Shown here one piece after another: positions 12,972 to 23,600 of a DNA stretch of 64,000 bases. Under the pieces are notes generated by a model. It was not told where the DNA came from and ran no database searches. It saw only the letters and a list, made by a program, of their open reading frames with translations. Every line of letters begins with the position of its first letter. The first letter of the stretch is position 1. Source of the stretch: Lingula anatina (lineage: Eukaryota; Animalia; Brachiopoda). The stretch is from NCBI GenBank assembly GCA_051362555.1, contig CM120649.1, positions 930,001-994,000 of the forward strand. The letters are read 5' to 3'. Made by a program: the position numbers and the translations under genes.

Positions 12972-14448
12972 GTGATTGCTAAGCTTACAAAGAGCACTAA
13001 AAAGATCATTAAAATACAGCCAATATCCGAGTAAACATTGTATCGGCCCAATTTTTACGTGTTTTGCCCTCGATTGAACGCTGGTGAATCCTTAGGGAAA
13101 AACCTTCCGAAATTCCCTGATTCTTAATTCTTAATTTTTTAACCTTTTGCAATGGGTAATTAACATGTATAGCCTAAAGTAACAGATACTAGTAGATGTT
13201 TGTCTTTCGATCAGATTAAACAAAAGAGATTTAGTGACATTCGGCTTACGATCTACTGGAGCAAGGAAATCCAGCATGAATTGATATTGTTGTAGAAAAA
13301 ATGTAAAATACGTATAGCAAAAAATAGGAGATCTATGCTGCTACGATGTAGCTGATTGTAGTAACAACTTGTGGTATGTTGATTTCTATACGTTTTGTGT
13401 GTCATACATCGATATGTGTTGCTTGAAGAATGTTCACTCAAAAAAAATAAATCAATATGAAAATGTTTCAATACGACAAGTACATTTTTTTAAAATAAAA
13501 TCCTGCTGATGAATTTCAAATATGTATTTATTTTCTCAGTTATATAATAATCACTGGATATAATGAGAATAAAAGGTGGCATTTACGTGGAAGCCTCAAG
13601 TGTTATGTCTTGTAGTGGAGTGCCCATAGTGGCAATTAAGACTCTTTAGTAAATAAAGATCAGTTTGAGAGTGTAGTGAAAAGCACATGACTGGAGTTGT
13701 CTTCATTTCTCCCTCGCATAAAGCATAGAAACGTAACATCAAGGATCACGCTTAATAAATCGTGCGTTTCAAGCATCTCGGGAAATAAAAAACGGAAAAT
13801 GAAATACCCAAATGGACTCTCTCTGATATAACTCGGGCTTCCTAATACAGCTTGTTAAAAAGTTAAAGAGGGTCAGCCATTTTAACAGATTATATACTTG
13901 CCACCCCGGAAGTTAGCGACAGACGTAGAAACGTCCCACGGATAAATTATATCCGTAATAATTGTGACAACTCGCATCGCATGGCAAATTCTTTTCAGGC
14001 CGCACGATCACCGTGAGATAACTGAACGATATCCGCCCGGGCACTGGAATCTACGAATACCTACCAATTGTGTGTCTCATGGCTTATGTCACCTAGCGCA
14101 ATGTCTCCACGACTATGTTTGTAGAAACATTATAACGTATCGTTATCTCCCGCCACCCCCACTCCCCCCAAAACCGCCAAGTATGTAACAGACTGCGAAA
14201 GCGAAGGCGCATCTTTGCCCGATATAACGAAACCATGTCAAACGTTTGTGATCGAGAACGCACTTTCGTTAACGGTCTTTCTTTCGAACAAGCGTCTTAA
14301 TTAGGTTACACTTAATTAGGCATTTAAACGTGTATGAGATTATGTCTAGAAGCAGTATGGACACCGGTGTGACAAAACTGAGGGTCCGCGTATCAGAAAG
14401 CCCGTCCTCCAAATTGTTTTCTGCATCTTACTCATTGGGTGCAAAGTA

Positions 14449-14692
14449 AGAGACCATGTAGTAAGTTTGAATCAATCTATCTCCGAGGTGATTCTCGCTA
14501 ATTTGCAATCAACTTAGCGGCTCTGATGTCTGTCATGCCTACTGAAGCTGCTAGGGGGTAATTAATTGTCGCTTAGCAGCTTCAGTAGGCGTACCAGACC
14601 TCTAAACCGCTGAAGTTGAAAACAATTTTGCGAGAAACCCTTTGGAAATGGATCGATCGTGTTACATCGATCTAGGTATGGGAACCCAGTCT
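14449..14692. mobile_element. Palindromic non-autonomous element, same family as 5256-5502
   Basis: Same ends (agagaccat... / ...gggaacccagtct) and the same hairpin core gcctactgaagctgcta / tagcagcttcagtaggc. Confidence 0.8.
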
Positions 14693-15404
14693 AACATCGC
14701 TTCAATGCCATGAACTACTGGTTAAGTCACGCAATCATCTTCTGTCACCCACACCCTACTCCCGGCACTCACAAAAAGTTCCATGGCACTGCTCGTGTAT
14801 TACAAGGAGGCATGGATGAAAGTATCACAATTGCCCTGTAGAAATGGAGAAGATGAGCAACACAATCACCAATCTCTCCTAACACAATCGTTGGAGAACC
14901 ATTCAAATGCGTTTTGTAATTCCACTGAAGCTTTTATCTTTTTTTTTTTTTTTTTTTTTTTTTTTTGTTTTCTCAACAAATTGTCAGTATGCGCAGTGGG
15001 CTGTATGGTGCTGCTATCTGCTGGTGCTATCGGCAACGAATTAGTTTGCCCTTGTTTCTGAGTGAATCTACCGTCTAAAATCACTATTTCTGAAAATATG
15101 TGCGTTTTGCTGAGGGTAGGCTAGGCAATACACGGCAAACTTCTTAGTACGTGTGTACAACAGAATTTTTTTTAAAAAAACCCTAACGATATTTGGTCAG
15201 GAGTTGCTTGAAGCATAGCACAGCGTTGCTGTCTATCGGCATCAGGCCGTTAGTTTGTCAATTATCACAAATTACCCACGAATCGCGAACCCATTAATTT
15301 TCCTATAGCAGTCTAGCAACTCATTAAAAGTGCACGCATGCGCAGTGGGCTAAGCGTGACTTCATGCAGTGCATTTCTGGGGATGGAAATGCGAGGTATG
15401 ATGT

Positions 15405-17003
15405 ATGAAAAATGTCCTCAACCCACCAACGGCAATAGAACGTTGTTTGAGCTGTATGGAAAGTATGTGTAGTGATTGTTCTTCGGAGCATGTACTTCAT
15501 AAGTTAAACCGTGGCCACAAACTTTTTCCTGTCGACCAGTTAGGCAGCGACGAATACGTAACAGAGTTGCGAGCCCAACAGAGCGTCCCTTGTGACCATG
15601 ACAACAAGGAGTCCGTACAAATCTACTGTCCAGTGTGTAAAAAGGACATCTGCCCCACGTGTAGTTTTTTGGAACACCAAGGCCATAATTGCCTTCGAAT
15701 CAAAACTGCTGCTGACAAACGCAAGGAAAAACTAGAACTCCTCGTTAGGCCCATCGAGAAGAAAAGTCTACTCTACGATCAGTTCAAGACCGCCGCTGAA
15801 GACCAGAAGAAGTCGGTAGAAAGAGGAAGAAAGAAGTCAAAGAGTCAAGTTAACAACCAGTTGGAGCTAGTTATTAAGATGGCCCGTCAACGTGCCGAGG
15901 ATCTTCTGGAAGAAATAGATGCCAAGTCGAATACCAAACTAGAGGTTCTAAATGCTTTAATTGCGACTGCTACCGTTAAGCAAAATCAACTGGACGACGT
16001 TGTGGACTTCTCAAGAAAGCTCATAAACCATGGGAACGACATGGATGTCCTGCAAATGGCCTCCGCCTGTGAGCAAAGCAGTGAGAGCGTCCAGACTCTC
16101 CACATCCCGACCCTGCCCGCAGCCTTGACCCAGCTACAGCTTATCACCAACGCCATGGAGGAGTGCGTTACCAATATCAACCGTTGCCTTGGAGACGTGG
16201 TTCCAGCTGTAAGTGGAAGATTGGTGACAACATTCAAAGTAGAACTGACCAAGTCTCCTGAAGAGATGATCACTCACGTGAACACTGATACAAATGGTGA
16301 CATCCTTATTGGTATTTGGTGTAATGAGGACAGGTCACGGAATAGAATCCACATCTACGATAACACCTTCGTCCTACAGGGCACAATTCCAAACCCAAGA
16401 GCAGCAGAAAAGGGTTGGTTTGCAGGGATAGCCATTGATGACGACGGTAACATCGTCACTAGATGTCAGGTGTCAAATGAAATCATAGTGTACACCAAGA
16501 CAGGGGACCACGTGAGAACATTCCACAGTGAGTCACCACATGCAGTAGCGGTTAACAGCAAGGGTCACTATGTGGTGGCCGGTCGTAATACTCTGACTGT
16601 GCACCATAAGGATGGCAAGGTCCTGCAGACGACACCAGACCCAGGGGGTAAATATTACAAATACGTCCACCGCAACATGAATGACGATGTCATCGTCACA
16701 GGAGATGATCACATCCGTGTATACGATTCCACTCTCCAGCTTAAATACAGTTATGGTACCCAGGGTGATTGGGACGGACAGGTGGACTGCCCACGCGGCA
16801 CATGTTGCTTGGATAATGAAGACATAATTCTAGCAGACCTCAAGAACCATCGTCTACACCTGGTGTCACCAGATGGGAAATTCAAGCAGTTTATTTTAAG
16901 CAAAGACAATGGACTACGCTATCCGAGAGATGTTACTATAAGCCATCTCGGAAAACTGGTTGTTGCGGAAGATGGAGGCGAGATTAAGTTTTTTGAATTA
17001 TGA
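15405..17003 (+). CDS. 5'-truncated, RING-less TRIM-NHL copy 4 (532 aa ORF; functional variant or young pseudogene)
   Basis: Homology to the paralogues begins abruptly at ~15386 (AAA TGC GAG GTA TGA TGT ATG = K C E V * C M, versus KCEVCCL in copies 1 and 3). RING and the first B-box1 CxxC pair are missing; the rest is open to FFEL-stop. Confidence 0.7.
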   Translation: MKNVLNPPTAIERCLSCMESMCSDCSSEHVLHKLNRGHKLFPVDQLGSDEYVTELRAQQSVPCDHDNKESVQIYCPVCKKDICPTCSFLEHQGHNCLRIKTAADKRKEKLELLVRPIEKKSLLYDQFKTAAEDQKKSVERGRKKSKSQVNNQLELVIKMARQRAEDLLEEIDAKSNTKLEVLNALIATATVKQNQLDDVVDFSRKLINHGNDMDVLQMASACEQSSESVQTLHIPTLPAALTQLQLITNAMEECVTNINRCLGDVVPAVSGRLVTTFKVELTKSPEEMITHVNTDTNGDILIGIWCNEDRSRNRIHIYDNTFVLQGTIPNPRAAEKGWFAGIAIDDDGNIVTRCQVSNEIIVYTKTGDHVRTFHSESPHAVAVNSKGHYVVAGRNTLTVHHKDGKVLQTTPDPGGKYYKYVHRNMNDDVIVTGDDHIRVYDSTLQLKYSYGTQGDWDGQVDCPRGTCCLDNEDIILADLKNHRLHLVSPDGKFKQFILSKDNGLRYPRDVTISHLGKLVVAEDGGEIKFFEL

Positions 17004-17840
17004 GTGATTGCCAAGCTAACAATGGACTCTGAAAAGATCATTTATATGCAGACAATATCTCAGTAAACATTGTATCGGCCCAGTTTTCACGTGTTTCACC
17101 CATGGTGAACCCGAAGAGGAAAACTGACAGAAATTCACTGATTCTTAATTCTTAATTTTTTTAACTAGTTGTAGTTGGTAGATAACATTAATAGCCTGAT
17201 GTACCAGATACAAGTAGAGGTTTGTCTTTATATCAGTAGTCAAGAGAGATTTAGTCACATTTGGCGTACGACCTACTGGAGCAAGGAAATCCAGCATGAA
17301 TTGATATTGTTGTAGAAAAATGATAACAGATATAGCTTAAAGGGCCAATTATGCTGCGTTCTTCACAATAATTACCGACGAGGTAACTGGATGTAATAGC
17401 AACTTGTGGTAACCTGATTTTCATGCACTTTGCTTGTCCAACTACGATATATGTTGCTTGAAGAATGCTTATTTAGAAAAATTGTTTTAATTAATACCAT
17501 ATGTTTCAAATAAATCCTGCTTATGAATTCCAAATATTTATATTTTTCAATTATATAATGATCACTGGGTATAATTACTATATTTGTTGAAGGGCAAAGA
17601 ATAAAAAGCGGCATTCACGAGTCTTGAGAATGGGGTGCCTCACGGATCACGCATAATAAAATTGGCGCTTTTCGCATCTACGGAAATAAAAAGTGGGAAA
17701 CGGAAATACCAACAGGAGCCTCTGATATTATAGGGAGTTCCTATACAGCTTGTTGCAAAATTAAAGAGGGACAGCCAATTTAAAAAACTATAAACTTGCC
17801 ACCCCTTTAGTCACTGACGTAGGTAACACGTCCCACGGCA

Positions 17841-18000
17841 AAACTATGACCCCATTCAGAATAGGGGACTAACAAACATGCCAACCTACTGTTATCAGGT
17901 TATTATAAATATGAGAACAAACTATGACCCCATTCAGAATAGGGGACTAACAAACATGCCAACCTACTGTTATCAGGTGATTATAAATATGAGAACAAAC
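17841..18000. repeat. 78-bp direct tandem duplication (2 copies, 1 mismatch)
   Basis: aaactatgaccccattcagaataggggact...ataaatatgagaac at 17841 and 17919. Confidence 0.92.
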
Positions 18001-18367
18001 AGTAACATATACTTTTCCTCGAGCACATTTATTTAGAATATTAAAGGTTAAGGGAGCATTGCATTTGCAGCAAATGTTATTGATATTATCGTGGTAGGCC
18101 TAAAGGTAGAAATACAAGGGCTAAGATTGGTAATTTTATCCATAATTATAGGTCCCGTTGTAACATCATTCATTAATTTATTATAGGATGACAAATGTAT
18201 TTATTTGTCTTTTTATTTCTAAAACACGAAATATGTTTATCATGCTGTGATAGATTTCCAATATTGGATCCCATATATCAAAATGTAAGGATTATTTAAA
18301 GATAATATGTAACGCTAAGCAAATAAAAAACAACTGTGTTTCTATGTAATTCTAGAAAAAGATTACA

Positions 18368-18677
18368 TTTATTACCTCCACCAAGGAGGTTGTTTTCACC
18401 CCTGTTTGTTTGTCTTTGTCTTTCTTTCTGTCTGTCATCAACATAACTCAAAAAGTTATGTACAGATTTTAATGAAATTTTTAGGAACTGTCAGAAGTGG
18501 GCCAAGGAACAGATGATTAGTTTTTGGTGGTGATCCGGATCAATAATCGATCAATAATCAATAAACAAAAATAAAAAAACTAAATCATTATAGAATGAAA
18601 ATTTAGGGTGAAACGGAATTGGGTGGAGACTTTGCTTCCTTGGCGGAGGTCTGCGCTCTCGGAGTGCTTGTCTAGTT
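18368..18677 (+). mobile_element. Helentron-associated non-autonomous element (HINE/DINE-1-like)
   Basis: 5' attacctccaccaaggaggt short palindrome, (GTTT/GTCT) microsatellite, 3' sub-terminal inverted copy ttggcggaggt, hairpin gcgctctcggagtgc, ctag-tt end, T-rich insertion site. Confidence 0.8.
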
Positions 18678-18803
18678 ATCTGATAAAATGCTACAAATCA
18701 GGAAGAACGAATCCACTTAAATTCCACTGGTATTTTGACATGCCATGTATTCATACCCTCATGGGAAATAGTCATGCCACAAAATAAAACATAAAAAGAT
18801 CGT

Positions 18804-19364
18804 TCAAGCTGTGAAAGGCCCCCAGAATAATTTGGCAGAAGTGTCCACCATGACGCCAAAAAACTGGGTACCAGTTAAAATGAATTCCTCTCGGGAGATA
18901 AGCCCATTGCCGTCAACATCAATGGCCTGGAAAGACGGAGTCACGGAAAAAGGATGAACGCCAAAACTGGCTTAAAAATGGGTAAACTCCTTAAGGGTGA
19001 CATATCCGTCTCCATTTGCGTCTGCAACGCCATCAAAATAAGTCCCAAACCAATCGCGGGCATGCTTCTCCATGTTGGCGTCAAAATCCATGAAATACCG
19101 CGCATGCGCATGCAGAATATCTTCGAATGTCCGGGTGTCCTTCGGTATTTCGCTTTTCATGAACGTTTCCCATCCTTCATTTAGGAGATCAGAAAATACC
19201 CTGATCTGTTCTTCGCTCATCCATTTTTTGGCTCTGTCTAAAATGGTGTCAACGAAGTCTGATCTATAGATGATGCCATCGCCATCGAGGTCGAAGAGGA
19301 TGAAAAAAGAACGCATCTTACGTACCCAAAAATCGGGATAAGGAGCCAGAGCTTGGCTTGCCAT
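18804..19364 (-). pseudogene. Sarcoplasmic calcium-binding protein (SCP)/aequorin-family EF-hand gene with one in-frame TAA at 18972-18974
   Basis: DFWVRKMRSFF..FDLDGDGIIYRSDF (EF1), DANGDGYVTLKEF (EF3). The same frame continues past the TAA as ASFGV..FQAIDVDGNGLISREEF (EF4)..KLFWGPFTA-TGA. Splice acceptor tttttctag just upstream of the ATG. Confidence 0.85.
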
Positions 19365-20658
19365 AACTGCAATCTAGAAAAAAAAGGCAAATCTTGTAAT
19401 ATTCTCACATTCATAATTGCATGCCTTAATCAATTAAAAAGTTTTTTTCATGACATTGTGCACATTAGTTCAGTGGGCCTAGAAAATTTATTTTCAAAAA
19501 ACTCTATCAAAACACATGTATATTTATTCACTAACAAAATAGTGGTCATAATGTGTGTCCCAAATTTAGAACTAAGGCACTCTCCCATGATTAGAAAGCA
19601 TGCAATATTAGGGGTACTTTTTATATTTTCATTTTATTTCATTTTTGCTCAGGGTGCTAAAATGAAATTCTAAGCCATTGGCTGTTTAAATTTTCCGTTA
19701 AAAAATTGATCTTGTTCAGATTTAAAAATGATACCATCAGAATATTCTCGGGTCCTCTTTAGAATGCACGATGATTAAATGGCTCATTTTATATTGCCCC
19801 ATGGGCCTATCTTCTTCTGACCGAGATTTGACAGAAAGCCTGAAAGATGTGTTTTGCACCTGTTTCCAAAAAGATGTAATATTAAATGGTACATCTTTAA
19901 CTGCCACGTTTCTAGCCAAAGAAAAACCAAATTCTCGAAATCGGAAACTTTTCCACGGTCTGGGGCCAGTAACTCAAAAGCATCTCGCATTGCGACCGAG
20001 CGCCACCGTCTCTGTTCCATAACTCGCCCCATAAAATAGCCTCAAAATAAAAGGTGATATCGCTATTCACAATTCGCGATTATTTCAAGTTACTGGACCC
20101 TGGTCTCCCGAGGAGCGATGGCTCTTCCCTCCTGCATCCGCCTAAACTGAAACTTTCGACACCTTAAACGCGTCATCTCGAAAACAAATTTTTAGAATAA
20201 AAACTTAAAGTCACAAGCGTACATACAGTTTGGGTCTACTTGCCTCTTACAAATACTAGTTGTTCTCTCTGGTACGTACGTAGTGCGTGGTGCGTGGTTG
20301 CGATGCCCTCTTCTTCTGTTCCTTGATCTCAGGTGTGACCCTATATCAGTCCTCGAAATTTTATCTAGTATTCCATCTGACTTTTCCCGCTCGTAAGTGA
20401 GCTACACAATATACGATTTATTTGTTCTGGACGGACATCCGACAGGGAACTATAACTTTCATGAGATAATCCCCACGATTTTGGGGGGATTGTTGACCGC
20501 TACACAATGGTTCTTTATTAAGTATGAGATAACATTCCTGGTAATGGGTCTTTCTTATCTAACAATTCTGTGTCTTGTTATCTAATTCCCACACATGAGA
20601 ATAGCTTACCTCAGTTTGAGGCCTAACATGCTAGGTACTTAGCGTATCTGATATTACA

Positions 20659-23600
20659 TAGTCGAGTCGCCACTCCCATAGGCCCAATAGTCGAACCCTG
20701 CAATATTCTTTCCTGTAAACTTTTTTTTTGCTGAAATGCATTCTTCAGGCTGAGAGAAGCAAAATTAGCTTGGTTGCTATTTCCGAGACCTTGAGCATTT
20801 TTCAACATGGCCGTCAATTTATGAGGAAAAATAGAAAAACGACCAGAAGTCGCCGGGTATACTTTATTGACAGCTTTTTTGAACGTGTATCCTATCAGGA
20901 GAGCACAACAGTACTGGTGAATACGCTTAATCGCGTACCACTCAGCAAAAAACCAAAATGGCCGTCAAAACATAAGGCAGAAAATGATAAAAGCTGCAGA
21001 ATCAGTTTGTTTTTTGCATATTTAGTTTTATTAAAACCATATCCCCTTTTTATATTTATGTTAATTATAATATTTTGTAAGTCATGACCCTAAACTCTTG
21101 GAATTAGCTTATCTGACAGTTCAATAACCCCCCCCCCCCCCAAGAGTCTGTTTGCTACTTCCCCGGGTCCCATAGTCAAATACTTAGAATGTTATTCCCT
21201 GAAAATTTTAAAAGAATTTAATACTTTGGGGGTATAAAAGCCAATTTAATTATTTTGGGCTTTCTTGGCAGTGGCTACATACGGAACATTGATCAATTCT
21301 TAAAATTCAAGATGGCCGTCAATAATATAAAAATATATAAAAATATCATAATATTATAAATAAATAATTATGTAACATAGCAAAGAGTCCGGTTTAAAGT
21401 GCATGGTATTTCGCATTTTAAATGACCGCTAAAACATGCTCAAAAAGGTAAAAAAAAGCAGTTAAATTACGTTTTAAACTGGTAATTCGGCGTATAATAT
21501 ATATCAAACCCTTTTATTTATTGACAAAGTGTACTTGTAAAGTACAGTTATTCTAAGACTCTATAAAAGAGGATCATTGATAGGACTGTGGGGGTTCTGC
21601 AGGAATTTGGGCACAGGGAGTCCAAAATGTTAATCTGCAATCGGGACTCTTATATTTAGATGGAGTCCAACCAAGTCTGTTGGTGGTGACGGGAATTGGG
21701 GGGGGGGGGGGAGGGGGGGGAGTGTAATTTCATATAACTTTTGTCAAAATATTAACCTTATTATTTTTTTCGTTTTTGTTTTTATATTGATCATATCTTA
21801 ATATTTTGATTTTATATCTTTATCATAACTTTTTCAGTACGTATATAAAATTTAGCTTTAAAACTTCCCATTCTTTTTATTGAGATTGGCACGTGTAAGA
21901 ATATTTCATCAGTATATAACAGCATTTCTAGTTTTTCTTATTACTGCACATTTTTCACTTTATATCTTAAAGAGTCAATAAACAAAACATCTTACAAATC
22001 ATTTGGTTATATACTGACAGCCATAAAAATCTTTGAGGCCATATTTTTCAAAATAATTGTTATTTTGAAGCTCTAAACTGGATTATTTTCACATGTTCAG
22101 GACATTGGTATACAGAACCAAAAATCTTAAGTTTCATGAATAGTTTCAAAACAAAAATGGCACCAGCCCAACACAAAGTCACAACGGTCAATAGCCGGTA
22201 CGATCTCCGCTTACTTCGATGCAGGCGGCGATCTGATGGCGCATGCTCGGGCAATAAATGTGGATGGGATGGTGTCGTGCTGAATCCTATTCCAGCCTTG
22301 TCGTAGTGCCTGGGTCAGCTGCTGCCTTGGCCAACGGACGGCCAAGATAAATGTAATACCACAAGTTTTCAATCGGATTCAAATCCGGAGAATAGACAGG
22401 CCGGGGTAGGACATCCACCTTTGGGACTTCAGATACACTTGGATCATTTGTGCCGAATGTGAACGGGTCTTGTCCTGTTGGGAAACGGTGATATCAGTTT
22501 TCTGCTGCATGAATGAGGTCATGTGAGGTTGCAGAATCTGATCTATGTAGTGACGAGCAGTTACTGGTATGTTGCCATCAACGACCACCATCGGTTGACC
22601 GCCAGCAAGCGTCGACGCACAGTGGGGATGCTGCTCCGGTTGTTGTTCCTGCCGGGTGCTTCTTGTGCTGTACGACTGGCATGGCGAAATTGGTCCCGCA
22701 GCTGATGCAACATGATCTAGCGATTCTGGTCTGTAGTTGACACTCTCTCACCCTGGCTGCGGTATATCGCTAACAGAGCCCGGCATGTTGTGGCATTCAA
22801 CCAGGTTCCTGATTGTGGGGTGGGGACAGCCCATACATTATAGCTCAAATCAGACTCCCCTCACACCCAGTGCCCAGAGATGTACTGTACGTTGTTCACA
22901 TAATAGACAAGGCACGATTCCGTTCACTGGACTAACAACATGGGTGGCATTTTTAAGACCTTTATAGGCCTCCAAAACCTATCCTCAAAATGTGCAGATG
23001 CCCACTGAGTATTGCTCAATGTGTATTTGGTCCATTTTTGCAAAAAAAGAGCTTTCCCATGTGCGACGAATCATGGCAACATGACAACTCATCATTATCT
23101 TAACTACCCGAGCACTAAGTCATCAATAAATCCACAATGAATAATTACATCTACCCTACAAGTAGAAAAATGCATACATTCCTATCTCAAAGCTTCCATT
23201 ATCTGTAAGTATATATTGGCAAAAAAAAAACATTTCAAATACATTATGTCGATGGGTAGCCCTCGCATATCCCCGAACTATGTCACGTTATCAAGAATAG
23301 CTGACCTCATGGGCCCTAACCGCTGGGTTTGCATACCCCTGCTTGGATCTTGATTATTTATAATAAAATTTATTATTAAACAACAAAAATGCCTTTACTC
23401 ATAGGTGTTAAAATATTAAAAAAAGTTACAAAAAAAAAAGGATAAGAATAATCCAACCTGAAGAAAACCGTTTTACACCTTTTTATTTCCAAATGATTTA
23501 GTTTACACATACTTAAATGATAATGCCTTTCATTTAATCATCCAAAATGTTATTTTTGAATTAGAATGAAAAACTAGTTGCCAGGACTGAAATATCCGCA

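Larger units (their letters stand above)
1..17847 (+). repeat. Tandem segmental duplication: four TRIM-containing units (equivalent positions ~1, ~5210, ~10020; the fourth lacks its 5' part)
   Basis: Non-coding flanks also align: 60-1050 ~ 5515-6450 ~ 10095-11050; 3' flanks 2965-3620 ~ 12972-13580 ~ 17004-17620. Homology of the last unit stops at acgtcccacggcaaaactat (~17847). Confidence 0.92.

Noticed and set aside
1458-16273. Recurrent antisense and alternative-frame ORFs inside the TRIM genes
   Set aside because: Shadows of the duplicated CDS; recurrence reflects recent duplication, not independent selection.
17841-18000. CRISPR-like or satellite array
   Set aside because: Only two adjacent copies with no spacers; eukaryotic context.
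19680-20620. Overlapping short ORFs and a ggggccagtaact/agttactggaccc inverted motif
   Set aside because: No protein motif; probably a repeat fragment whose ends I could not define.
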